From positions 263,823 to 327,822 of the forward strand of contig NMRA01000216.1 of the NCBI GenBank assembly GCA_002633005.1: a stretch of DNA of 64,000 nucleotides, given 5' to 3'. The notes under the pieces are model-generated. The model saw only the letters and a program-made list of their open reading frames with translations, was not told the origin of the DNA and made no database searches. The first letter of the stretch is position 1. Each line of letters opens with the position of its first letter. This document shows, piece by piece, positions 51,420-64,000 of the stretch. The stretch comes from Phoronis australis (taxonomy: Eukaryota; Animalia; Phoronida). A program made the translations under genes and the position numbers.

Positions 51420-54400
51420 CTAAGCCTTATCCATCAAGTCCAACAGATCATCTTCTTTATCACCACTCTCTCCAACTGTCATCTCTCCCATTATACGGCT
51501 CAGTTCTGCACTTCTTTTCTTCTGTAAGCAGAAAAACATGATACTATGGTAAACATTCTCCAGTTTGAGACAAAAAATAAATTATTTTCTTCTGGGTCTG
51601 AGCTTGGACCAAATTTCAGAAATGGACAATTTTGGCCTTCCCAAATTCAAGAATTGCAATCGACAACAAACAACAATTCACCTCGATACTTCACAGTATG
51701 GAGATGCATGAAAATGTTTAATCGGTGTCAAATTACAAGTTGAATTTTGGTTCCCAAATTTTAAAAGCTGTTCCAAACTGGAGAAGTTTTAATGCAGGCT
51801 TCATCTGGTAACAATTATGAAAATTCCAACCTGAATACAAGACATGAGCGGCAAATAATGGCCATTGGGCAACAAAATATCACCACTACTACGATGTGAC
51901 GTAATAGTCTTAACAAATCAATCTTACCAATTCCATGAAGTGTCAGCAATATGTACTGATCTGTAGGCCATTCTTTCCACACTATTTTATAAAAGTAGCT
52001 GGAATTGCTTACTTCATCCAAATCAATATTCATAAACAAAAAATGAGGACTGAGTTACCAGCTTTGCTCTAGCAATGACGTCTATTGAAAAGCAGTGAGT
52101 CAAGCACACGACACTCAATACATGGCATATATTTAGTTCACCTAGAAGATTAACAAAGTAAAAAAATCACAAAAGCAAATTCGCCATGGCCATTGCATCA
52201 ACCGACTGTTATCAATCACAGGAGCAGGCATGCCACCACCACATATTTGCAAACAGTTTTAAAATAGTTGCCAGTTCGACGATGAAATCTGGCCTGCCAA
52301 TCACACCCACAACATCCCGGTCACTTGATAACAACAACGTCGGCACACAGTTACCTGACATCCTTCCGTCTAACGGTGGTGAGACAAACAAAGTGCCATT
52401 GACAAAAAATTCTGCCTTAGCAATTGAAAACAACTACACTGCATAACAGTTTATCCAAAACCAATACTGTTTTGAAAATGATGATGGGTAGCGCCATTCA
52501 AACTGCAAGTTTTTGGTTGTTTTTCTCCAAGTGAATGCTACAAGAAATTTTCAGATCTAGAGTTGAATTAAATGAGATCATCTTTTCAAACAAACCATTG
52601 ATACAGCAATGGTTGTCGATCACAGTTTAAGTAAAAAAATATCAAAACAATAAATATTCATAAACACAGTTAAAGAAACTGGACAGGTTTATAAGATGGA
52701 AATGAAAAATGCTTCGAATGACAAAAAGAAGATTTGCATATGGCAAATCGCAACATAATGCCCACTCGGGGAAAAAAACGCTTTTGTTGGATTACAATGA
52801 GGGCCAGCTCAGCACAAACACTCTTCATTGCCATCACCACCCAATTCAATTTTGACATATCTGCATGTGAAAATGTTCCAGGGCGGAGTGATTGATAATA
52901 ACGGACAACAAGGGTAAGGCGACAGTAGTTCACTGCATCAGGTAAATGCGATTGGCTCCTCCAACCTCATGAGGTTCAAGAAACAGTTCAGCCACAGTGT
53001 TAGGTACCTAGCAACTATTTTTTATTGTATTCCAGGGTTTGATGCTGATTGGTGAAATCCTCGGCAGAGTTTGACTGTTAGTGTAGAACATAACATGGCT
53101 GCAACGTAGATGCCACCTTTTTACTCAGAAACCAAAATGGAAACTGACATCCCATCGCGTAAACTCTAGGGTAAGTCTAGTAGAGAATTTATCCAAAAAC
53201 TTGGTATCTCTAGTGTCAGAGCGGGCCTTTGACATTCTACAGTTATTGCAACTATTGTAAATGGTTGTTTTAAAAAATCAAACTGTGCAAAATGCCATGA
53301 AGGAGCTGTGGGGGAAAGGTGTCCTACACAGCCAGAAATTCATTATGGCAACTCGTATCATTAGATTCAATACAAAATATCCACGTATTGTTTTGAAACA
53401 TACTGCGAACTGTCAATATGTTTTTGTGTTTACTTAAAGCAGACAACAGCAGCAGCAGGTTATTCAACTGCTCATTGAGCATGGCCACGCAACAAAAATA
53501 CGCAAGAGGTCAATGAGACAGTCGAAATTCACAAGGTGGCACTGCCTGTTGAATCGCGCCTATTCAGGTCACAAATGCGCCTGCACAGATTAACAGCTCT
53601 CAGCTCCCAGTTAGTTCAATTGATAAAAAAGATATTCACCCCTTAAACATCAAATACTAAATGGTAAAATCTCACCAAATTAGGCCACAACATGGCAGAC
53701 AAGTGAAATTTCTTTTTTTTTCATGAAAAATAAGTATCCCAAAATAAATTCTCCATAAGTTTTCAAGTTCTATACCACAGCTAACAACAGTCAATGTGTT
53801 GCCAAACTGTGGGCAATTACACAACGTTGGAAGCCTTTGGAAAATGAAGAAAGGTCAGTTTTGGCAATTATTTTTGAATGTCCAAACTGGCCAGATTTTG
53901 CTGTTCCCACGATGGCTACTATCCTACTTTGTATACGCACCTTGCTAGCATCAATGTTTATGACCGTAGATCCCGGCTCTTCTGGTGGTCGAGCAGCTTC
54001 AGCCTCCCTGTATTATTAGGAATAGTTAAACATCTATTACACATCACAACCTAACCATCAGCCTCCCTGTATTATTACGATTAGTTAGTTAAACATCTAT
54101 TACACATCACAACCTAACCATGTCAATGGCCTCGCTTTTGCGAAGTTACTTAATAGGTGCACACTCCTCGCGTGTAGATGTAAAATCAAAAGCATAATGT
54201 GGTGACTCAACTTTGAAGAACAAAAATTTATCACACCATGCTACCATGAACTCAAAAGCATCAAGTGCAAAGACAATCAATATTCTTCTCAAGTTGATAA
54301 AAAAATTCCCTTGGCTTCCTGAATTTAAACCCAGTAATCTTGTTCCTAAGTCAATAAACAATAATGCATTTAGTCATTTAAAGTGAGAGCACATTTTGAG

Positions 54401-57400
54401 ACAACCTGTGTTAATTCTATGTTTACTTACTGCTCCTCCTCGTCTGTGTTGAAGAAGTTAAGTCTAAAGGCCGATTGTTTCTTAGTCTCACCACCACCGA
54501 TTAACTTGGACAGGAGCTCAAGCTGGGCCTTAGCCAAGGGGTTAGGCACATTGCTCTCCTAGGATGTACAGATAAAACTGTAGTTTTGTGCAGAACTGCC
54601 ACATATTCTGTGACAGCATTATCTTGAAGTTTAATACTGTCATAATGAATTTAAGATAGCACAGATGCCATGTTAAAATGATAACATACTGAATAAAATA
54701 TTTCACCATTTTTAAACCACGGGCGATCCAACAAGCGCAGCAGTGACTTTCAAAAATGTTTCTCGGCTCAGCATAAAGGATTATTAGTAAATAAATGATA
54801 CACAGCTTAATATGCAGAGGATTTTCAGTTACCAAATAACAGTCCTCAAAAATGCTTCACCGCAAAAATTTAAAACTACAAAAAATATACTTGGCTACTC
54901 AGCAGATAACTTACGATGTCAGTAGGTACATTGCTCCCTCTGGTGGGTGCTGAGCTAGTCACCTCAGATGGTTTCGACTTACTATACCTACAATTGAAAC
55001 AAAACAGTAAATTTGAATGTGTGGCAGTGATTCATTAATGAATACTGCTCAAAGGCAGTACAATGATAAAATGGTTAATTAATGGAATTACATCACAAAA
55101 AGTAAAAACCCTGGAGATGGGGTTCACACATAACAGGGGCTGGTAGGTGCATGCTGCCAACTCGGGTTGGTTTTATGCTCCCTCGGGTATCCTCTTAAGT
55201 ACACATTTCAGTTTCCTGGTAATGTCTTGGCTTGGTACCCATTTTCACTCTCGTATTGCATTGGTCTCGATCTTGAATGTAGTAGAGAACCCCCCGAAAC
55301 AATAAAAAATCGCAATGATCACCAACATTACAAATAAAAGATGGATTTTTAATATGTACCCCCAAAAATAAACTTTTCATAATCTATCGCACATTAGTTG
55401 CGGATAAATTCTTAAAGACATTTGATGAAACTATCCATTGATATCAAAACGTATTGAACACATGAGAAAGGAATTCCTCATTTAAAGCGACAATCAACCT
55501 GCTTTCCATCACAAAACAACTTTTGACTTAGATCCCTCAATGCTTTGAAATTGGTTTCAAATTGTTCTTAAGAAGTCAAACTGGAAGTGATTTCAGTGCT
55601 TTGAAAGAACTGGCAATTCATTATTGCTTGATACCAGGCACTATTACAAGTTGACTTGTCATGACATGTCATTTTATGCACCAAGTATGGTCTCGATGAA
55701 CAACAAAGTATCAGTTCTTTGCAAACCCAGAAACCTTCTCATCTGAGTAAATAAAAAGTTGAGACCAACTGCACAGTGGTAGCTGGTCTAAAACAAAAGT
55801 TAGCATCAAGGACCGAATGCAAGTTAATAGCCACATACATTCACAATCAGCTGCATCAAACAATACACTGCTGCACACCGCTTACATTGCTTAACCCAAT
55901 CTTTGCACAAAAATTTAATTGTCTTGTGACAAGGAAATGCTAGCAATTGAATTTAAAGTCCCATATAGCACTAATCAGGTCAAGCTAAAGTGGCAAATTT
56001 CAAACTCCAATTGATGACTAAGTTAGAAGCAGTAAATATTCTCACTGAATCTATCCCTACACTCGTAGTTTTAGTGTGTATAATTAGGAGCTCTAATTCT
56101 CTAAATAAAAAACATAACAAAACAAAGAGTTCCACCCCAAACATTAATCAAAACAACTGTCTCCATAAATGATGCTGCATAGGGCTTTAAAAAATACTGT
56201 CTTACATGTTAGTGCCAAGCTTGGTGACTCTGTCACCAGACATTTCAAATGACCCTTCTCGCACGGCCATGACATACTGTCCACCACAGTCAAAGGAAGA
56301 AGACTTCACCTGCTGACCACCACTGAACAGTCTGGAAACAAATTACTACAGAGGTGACTATCACATCATAGAAAGGATTGGCTTCAGAGCACTGTCTTAC
56401 TGAAAGGCTTATGAAGTTCTCGCACTATACAAGGTAATTCTTCACCTATTTAGTATGTAAAATGGCAGACAAGTAAAATTTCTCTTCCTGAATTTGTTAA
56501 TGAAAATAAAGATTAGACAATTTTAAGCCTATTTATCTCGATTTCTACACTGTACATGTCATAGAACAACATTTGGTAAAATTGTCCATGAATTTCAGCA
56601 TGGCAGCTAACATTTGAACTATACAAAAATGACAATTTTGGCTTTTATTTGTGTGCAAAAATATGTGTAAGTACTGAACACATTGCATCCTTACAGACAA
56701 TTCCTTAAACCTTACTTGATAGTACCAGGCACCTCATTCCCCCAGGACACTGGGCCACTGGTTGGCAAGGAGAACTTGCCACTAGAGTTTTGGACTTTGT
56801 CCCGGAGGAAAATGGAGACCTGAAAAACAGTAGAGACAAAGAACGTGACAAGTTAGTGAGATGTCTAGGAACTACTTTTTCTTGTGTCAACTTGTTTTTT
56901 AAAGTAATCTTGCAGTATGGAAATGTTTTGAGGAAAATGGAGCAAATGAGATTATACAGAGAGAAACATGAAAACAAAAAGCCAAATGAAATGTAACTGA
57001 TATTTGAAAGCGTGGTCATGGAACCGTTTCCACACCCTGATACAAATCATAGTCATTGCCTTTTTTCATGAGATTTCAGTAATACACCTTCACAGCTCGA
57101 GTGAAGACAGAACATTAATCAACAGAAGGTACTTACTCTGATGTGCATGTCTTGGAAGAAGTTCAATAGTGTCTGTCGAATGAGCTGGAACTCACCGGCT
57201 GAGAGGGATGCAAACGTCTGCAAAGTTAATCGAACCAGAAATGACAAAATGTTAATGTTTGGAAACAAGCGATAAAACTCAAAAGATGGTGCCGGTGCAT
57301 TTAACAATTGCGATAAATGCGAGCAGAACTTCACAACCATGTATGTAAAAAAGGATTTTGAAAACAGTAGATTACAGATTTGGGTTACTTGAATGTAAGT

Positions 57401-59039
57401 CAAACGGAATGAACAGAACAAGTTGTTTCGGTTTACATTGGTAGAATAATGAACATGACAGAATACATGAACAAACGAGGAACGGGCTTATTCCTAACAA
57501 TAAGGCTTAGACAAAAAAGAACAAAAACACAATGTAAAATGGCAACTGTTTTGTTCACTAGCATATTAGAAGTATTGAGAAAGTGGAGCAAAGGCAATGA
57601 ATCAACTAAGCAAAGAAGATTACTAGCAACTGAAGAGATTGGAGTTTTTGCAAGGAATAGGAGAGGGGGGATGTGACCTCCTTTGCCCTTCATGTCTATA
57701 ACAGCCGATTTGATTTTCAGACATTTACCTGTAGTAACAACTTATAAACATTGTCTACTTGTGACTTTATTGGTGCTGTTTCCTTCACCATACCACGGAT
57801 GGCATCCATGTGATTCAATGTGACCAATAAGACATCAGCTGGACGGAGACACAATGAAACCTGGTACTTGACGGCCATCGTCATTAAGTCATACAGCTGG
57901 AAACAAAAAAGTAGGCACTTCACTTAAAGTGGAACTCGTATGCTAATTCCTATCTCTGTGATTGCTTGGTCGATGATGTGAATATGAAGTACTGTGTTTT
58001 CAAGAATGAGATTTGTATCGAAAATGATCCAGTGTAAATCACTCAACCGTGTCCAGTAAGTATCGTGACGTGACGTTGAGGAATACCACTGCATGATGCA
58101 GGCTAAGTGAGCTCCCAAGGTATGTCTTCAGAGCAAAGGTCACCTATTTGCACAATTTTTTGTTTTCACATTTACAAGTCGTCAATCAATACAACTGCAC
58201 TTTGATTTATGTAGACGGCGTGCAAATAGCATTGTCGTTTAGCTTCTGCTAGTTATGAGCATGCAAATACATCTTCAAGCAGATTGCTCACAGACAAATG
58301 AAAAAAAACTGTGAAAAACGAATTCGTATCTGTCAACAACAGAAAACTGTTAAAGGGCCTTGGGTCATAAACCACTTACTGAAAGCTAACCTTATTCCCA
58401 TTAGAAATGATTTCTAGGCTTGTGAAGAACAGAAAGGACATTTTTGGTTCAGACCTGGCCCATTACGAGGCTATTCATCGATAACGCTGTGTGGCCTTCA
58501 GGGGAATTCCAATCGATTTATTTGTTAACCAATTTCAATCCAAATAAAGGAGAACACAATAATTTTGCCCTGGAAGAGCAAATAGCTACAGGGTGTAAAT
58601 AAAATTGATGCTTTTTAATAGCACAACTTGGTTAATAGTGGGATCAAAATGCCTCAATGAAGACCTAATACATTTCAACACTGGGATTTATCTGAGGATG
58701 CTATTCACAAACACAAGCACACACACACACACTGCTTTGTATTATCTGTATTGAGCACCATAATGTAGGCTGCTGCCTGTTTGTCCAGCACTGTTCACAC
58801 ACAAACACATGCTGTCTACACTTGCTGCATTGAACCACATTATAGGAAGGGAGTAAACACTGTTCTTTGTATTAGGATACATACCTTGTCCATACTAGCA
58901 GCATTGAGCCTCATGATGGAGGCATGCGCCAGTCTATCAAACACTGTTCTCATGGCTTTCTTAGAGTAGAGTTCTTGTGGTTTAAAAAGCTCTTCCATGA
59001 ACCGCGTGTTGAACATAGTGCTTACAATGTCATTCAGAA
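51420..59039 (-). CDS. OSCP1: Organic solute carrier partner 1 (OSCP1/NOR1), 5'-partial, 9 coding exons in window
   Basis: Exons in transcript order: 59039-58885, 57896-57729, 57217-57137, 56819-56716, 56331-56206, 54987-54915, 54558-54431, 54007-53941, 51521-51420. All are GT-AG and in frame. Peptides LNDIVSTMFN..FMEELFKPQELYSKKA, RLAHASIMRLN..SMDKLYDLMTMA.KYQV, LSAGEFQLIRQTLL.FFQD, GDRVTKLGTNMY and DDLLDLMD match OSCP1. The first coding exon was not found in the window. Confidence 0.95.
53999..54120. repeat. Tandem duplication (59 + 63 bp) spanning an OSCP1 splice acceptor
   Basis: TCAGCCTCCCTGTATTATT...AAACATCTATTACACATCACAACCTAACCA occurs twice. Confidence 0.95.
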
Positions 59040-61380
59040 CTGAAAAAAAATAAACATTTCGAACCATTTGGATTACCATGACATTTCTGATCAAGACTAT
59101 GCTCTAAATTTTGTAGGAAGTCTCAAAAATGCAAGAACATGCATTTCACATTTAAGTTGTTTATAACAGCGGTGATGCATGCACCTCATGGGAGTCGGGA
59201 TAATAGAATCTTTGATGGTGAAGAGAAGCTGGAAAATAAGGATACCCCTCAATAAAAGAGTGGACTTGAAAAAATGAAAACGTTTGTAGGGAAGTCTGCC
59301 AAAAATCTAAATCTTTCACAGGAATTTTTTATAGTTATGGACAAAGGAATTCCCAATGTGAACCTTAATTGGAAAAAGCATCCTTTCTCAGAGAATTTTG
59401 TCAGAAAAGGCAACATTTCATGAGGAAACTGGTCATGAAATTCACCCTTCTGAATAGAATGTCCAGGATACCGCTTCTCTAGGAGCACCCTGCGAGGTGC
59501 ACCTATGTTTCTCCTGTGATCACGATCACATGTAGAAACTTCGAGCAAAAATTGGGTAGACACAGGGAAGAGCCATTAAAACCTTCCTTGAATGGATTTT
59601 TGGTTATTTTAGATACATTGGGCAAGTCAGATAGTACCAGCAATAATTAAGCAACAAAAGAAAACAGGATTTTATCATTCAAACATAGGTTTGTAAAACG
59701 ATAACTGAACTACGGAGTCTTTATTGCGCCACACTGCATCACCACGAGAACACAGAATAAAGAATAAAAGGCTGAAAGTAGTTGTATTAGATAGGAGTGT
59801 TCCCAATGTAAGGATTGTTGTGGTGAGCAGACGCATGTAAGTCAATGATCCCAGCCATTCATTACATTTGGGAATTTACGCCATTGGTACACTCAGAGTG
59901 ATGTCGGAAACCTCGAAGCAACAAAATTCATGCGTTTCACCATTCAAGGTAGGAGGTCGATATAAGCAACACACAAAGTAACCAAGTTGAGTCGGTTTTG
60001 TTGTAGTTACAGTAATAATTCAAGATGGTGTTTCTATACGGTACTTTTGGACTAACAAGACATTTTGAAGTATCAGTGACACGTAAATACCCGATTAAGA
60101 TGTTTTCTCCTCCATATTTCTCAATTCTGCTACTTTAGTACTCTAATGATATCTAGCACAGATTCCATGCTACCTGGGATTAATTGGTAATAATCGAGTA
60201 CTTCAGGTGTGCATTCCCACTACCAAGTGTTACAGGTATCGGAGGTGATACAAACTCAATCAGGTTTAGGCCACAAAAAGAAAAACCATTTTATAATGTC
60301 CAAGTTGGAATGATAATGCAAGAAATGGAACATGCAACAACGGCGGCAAGGACCAAAATAAGAAATCAGCAGATATCAAGGTACACACAGTAGAAAGTTG
60401 TGAAAATTAGAACAAGAATACAAGTTTCAATAAGCTTTAAACAAGGTATTTTCATCACAAAACAGCCACCTTCTTTGAAAGGACATGAAACGCATCGTAC
60501 AATGCAAAACAAATCCAGTATAACCATTCTCATATCGGTTTTAAACATTCACACTTTTGTTTTTGCTCAATAGCATGTAAGCGTCATTACTATTGACCTT
60601 AACAATCAATCATATCTGACGAAAATTCTATATATGTGCATTAATTACCGATAATGATTGCCAGTGAGTGTATGTAAATATTTCAGGTGCCCTGTTTCCT
60701 TACATCACCTGTCTTCATCACAGCATGAACAATATATATGTGATTACAGTCAACTTAAATGTGACTGCCTAATAGTAACGAAGACAGACACAAGTTTGAT
60801 AATTACAAAAATCAAAAAAAAACAAAACAGTTATAGTGAGTGCTATGTCAGAGGGTCAAAAATGGCCAACATCAAAGTGAGATAAAACAATGAAGTCAAA
60901 AGCAATTCAGTCTCTATGAGCTCCAATATAACCAAAGAAAACATTTTGCTAAATGTTAACTTGCCATATTTCACGAGTTGATGTTTTGTGAGGATAGCAA
61001 AACTATTTTAACATTCAACATTCCTCCTAGGTAAAAATCACATTTTCTGATTAGAAATCAAAATAACTTTCATAATGAAAATCAATAACCTAGACAAACA
61101 GTTGCAAGTTTCTTACATCTGCACAATAATCAACTGATACAAACTTTTAGCATGACTTTTGTATTCTACTTTTTGCCTAAAACTGTTGTCCTGATTTTTC
61201 TTAAAGCTAACTAAATGTAATTGTTTCTAAAGATTCAAGCTTATTGATTTTTCAAAATCTGCATTTTGTTCTGAAACGGAAATATTTGCTCAATCACAAA
61301 ATCTGAAGTTCAAACCTAAGACGAACCTTTGGCAATTATCAACATAATGTAGACCTCCATGATAGCGAGTAGCAGCATAT

Positions 61381-61467
61381 ATTCAAGAAAACAACAACGG
61401 TTTTAAAACTTGACATAAATGACACCGAAACATGTCAAGTTTTAAAACCGTTGTTGTTTTTTTGAAT
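61381..61467. repeat. Inverted repeat with 36-bp arms and a 15-nt loop
   Basis: ATTCAAGAAAACAACAACGGTTTTAAAACTTGACAT / ATGTCAAGTTTTAAAACCGTTGTTGTTTTTTTGAAT, one G-T position. Confidence 0.95.
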
Positions 61468-61626
61468 GTAGACCTAGTTAAACATTATTACTCTAAATGG
61501 GTGTCTTAAAGAAAGCAATGGGTGCTGATCAGGTGGAACTGGTGACTCTTATCATCCCCTGACTGTACAAGGAGGTACTTCTTCTCAGTGGGTGACATTG
61601 CCTCCTCATCATCTAAAGGTGACTGG

Positions 61627-63022
61627 TACTGTATTTGCCCTAATATGCACGCAGACCCCTATAAGCGCCCCCACCAGTTTTCAGACTTCGCTAAACTAAG
61701 CGCCCAGCCCATGAATGTGTAAATGTAAAAAATGCCTTACCTAGAGTTCTGAAATTCTACAGTAATATCTTCAATTAATCAATAAGATTCGACAGCCGTT
61801 AAAAAATCATTGTGCATGGAATTTGTAGACCACGAGCCTCACCGCTATGTCAGTATTTAGCCGTGACTATACACTTCAAACTTCCGCCGTGATTCAAAAA
61901 GAACACAAGTTTTGCTGATCTTGTGAGGAACGTGTCCCATTATGGTCTGGCCTTTTAGAACAGATGCAATTGTATTGTATCTTCTCTCCTAACAGGAATC
62001 GGTGACTAATAAAAATTTGACCAGTGTTAAAAGCACCTGGCGAGGAAGCGTGCGCTACATACCTGTCATCGAAGATATTAGTCATCGGGAACTATCTATT
62101 CATGACACGGGTAGTATAGGATCGATCGGCAAGAAATAAATATTGACACTAATTTCTGAAAATGTCTATTACCGTAAAAAACGTTTGCCTTATTTTAAGG
62201 AGGAATTATTCAATTAACCATAAATGGTGTTTTTAAACTAAAGTCAAAATAACCCACTGATAGTCAGCACCTCCGCACCCTCACACCCCCCCCTCCCAAA
62301 TCTCTTGGAAAATAACTGTTAGACTATTATGCATCCAGTCACCCAGCGAATCACCAAGACAATTCTCGAACGTTTTTTAGCAGATGAGACCAACAAGTGC
62401 TGAATATAACGCGTTCTTCTGTACTGCTGGTGTTAATTTCTTTAGTTACAATGCTCACCTTGATCATTACATTGCCTTTACTCTGGCAAATGAAATCTGA
62501 TGACACGCACACCGTCGCTCACTTACACACACACGAACTTCAAAACAAACGTCACGTGACAATAACGTGTGTTTGTCCAGAGATTTTGTCGTGTACCATT
62601 TAGCGCAGCTTTGGACATAATATGCAGTTAATCCCGACTCCACTTAGGGATGCTATTTGGAAAACTTAAGGCCTTCGGGTAATTTTTTGATTCGAAACAG
62701 TATTTTTATTCAAGAATTCAAGTTGCTCCCTCAACAATCGCGACGCATCAATCGGCAAGTTTTCGCCCTAGGATTTCAGCACAATTTTCTGAAAAATGAT
62801 TGCAATTTAACAACGAAGTTTGATAGCAATGCACCACAATTTTGTAGAAAGTCTGTTACAGATACGTCACAGAGCCTAAATTTGATGAATCCTAGCTGAA
62901 GATTTTTCCCGTTTCGGAGTCTGGGTTTCAACCGCCTTAGGTTATAATAAGTGCCCCCCTCCCCCCCCTCCTAGAACGAATTTTTCTAAGCGCCCTGGGT
63001 GCTTATTAGGGCGAATATAGTA
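61627..63022. mobile_element. TA-flanked non-autonomous DNA transposon, ~1.4 kb
   Basis: Terminal inverted repeats TACTGTATTTGCCCTAATATGCAC ... GTGCTTATTAGGGCGAATATAGTA, with subterminal TAAGCGCCC motifs at both ends and no transposase ORF. Confidence 0.65.
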
Positions 63023-63506
63023 TATGGATTCTGGTCCAGCGCATTCAATCGCCCTATTGTTACTTGAAAGTCTGGTCAATAATATCCCAAAACTCGCATA
63101 AAGATAACAGCAAAAATAAAGCCAATAAATATATTTTAGCTATAAACTGTGCTCCTGTGAAGGTTTACCCTGTCAAAGTTAAATTAAACACCAAAGACCA
63201 AATGGTAAATACTTCACTTTTAAATAAATCTCTAAGTTTGTGTAAATGGCCAACTTGTAGTAAGGACTTACACAGGTTCCTAGTGAATTCCAATGTATAT
63301 AGCACTTCAGCATCACAATGCAAACTGACGGTAATTTATCTACATTCATATATTATATCTGGCTCTTACTATTAAAATAGCTAACAAAAATGGAATCAAC
63401 CTCAGAACTAGCCAGAACTTATTGTTCAGACAAGCATTTTTAACACTCAGAACTTATTAAGGACTGGACTATCTCCCCAATTTTTGTTTTTCTCAATATA
63501 TATATG

Positions 63507-63711
63507 NNNNNNNNNNNNNNNNNNNNNNNNNNNNNNNNNNNNNNNNNNNNNNNNNNNNNNNNNNNNNNNNNNNNNNNNNNNNNNNNNNNNNNNNNNNNNN
63601 NNNNNNNNNNNNNNNNNNNNNNNNNNNNNNNNNNNNNNNNNNNNNNNNNNNNNNNNNNNNNNNNNNNNNNNNNNNNNNNNNNNNNNNNNNNNNNNNNNNN
63701 NNNNNNNNNNN
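63507..63711. other. Assembly gap (N run) between (TA)n and (GGGA)n microsatellites
   Basis: Run of N characters in the sequence. Confidence 0.99.
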
Positions 63712-64000
63712 GGGAGGGAGGGAGGGAGGGATGGAGGGAGTGAGAGTACACAAGGCAGACGATCTGGGTCCAGAGTCTCAATCTCTTAACCCAGACTCGA
63801 AATTGAATCAATGACACCCAAAACCTGTCGTGCACTTTGTCATTTTCAAGTCGAGTTTCGAGTACTGAGATTAGACCAGGGCCCTGACGTTTGTGCATAT
63901 GATTATGACAATTATTCTATAAAAGTCAAATACTCAAATATGTACTTCGCTTTTCTCAAATGTTCTTAAAACATATCCTGTTTAGAACATTTACAGTGAC

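Noticed and set aside
61506-61612. Possible extra OSCP1 exon (minus strand, DDEEAMSPTEKK...)
   Set aside because: The acceptor is plausible, but there is no phase-compatible donor and no recognisable homology.
63440-63898. ORFs spanning the N run
   Set aside because: Artefacts of the assembly gap.

Overview
This is intron-rich, AT-rich animal genomic DNA; an invertebrate deuterostome is my inference, and the species cannot be determined here. Five protein-coding genes can be reconstructed. (1) An intronless, divergent SLC52-family (riboflavin transporter-like) gene on the minus strand. (2) A complete multi-exon CSTF3/CstF-77 (su(f)) gene on the plus strand. (3) A 4-exon, 117-aa C3orf14/CEP15-like gene that the ORF track misses entirely. 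(4) An intronless MECR ORF only about 0.93 kb behind the CEP15-like stop codon. (5) The 3' nine coding exons of OSCP1 on the minus strand; its first exon is outside the window or in the N gap. Introns carry many MITE/foldback elements, perfect hairpins and a minisatellite, and a LINE fragment lies behind MECR. The three strongest leads are a candidate bicistronic CEP15-like/MECR transcription unit with a splice-versus-poly(A) switch, an unidentified ~345-nt GC-rich structured RNA-like element just upstream of CSTF3, and apparent conservation of the CstF-77 intron-3 autoregulatory polyadenylation architecture. All coordinates were counted by hand and no searches were run.
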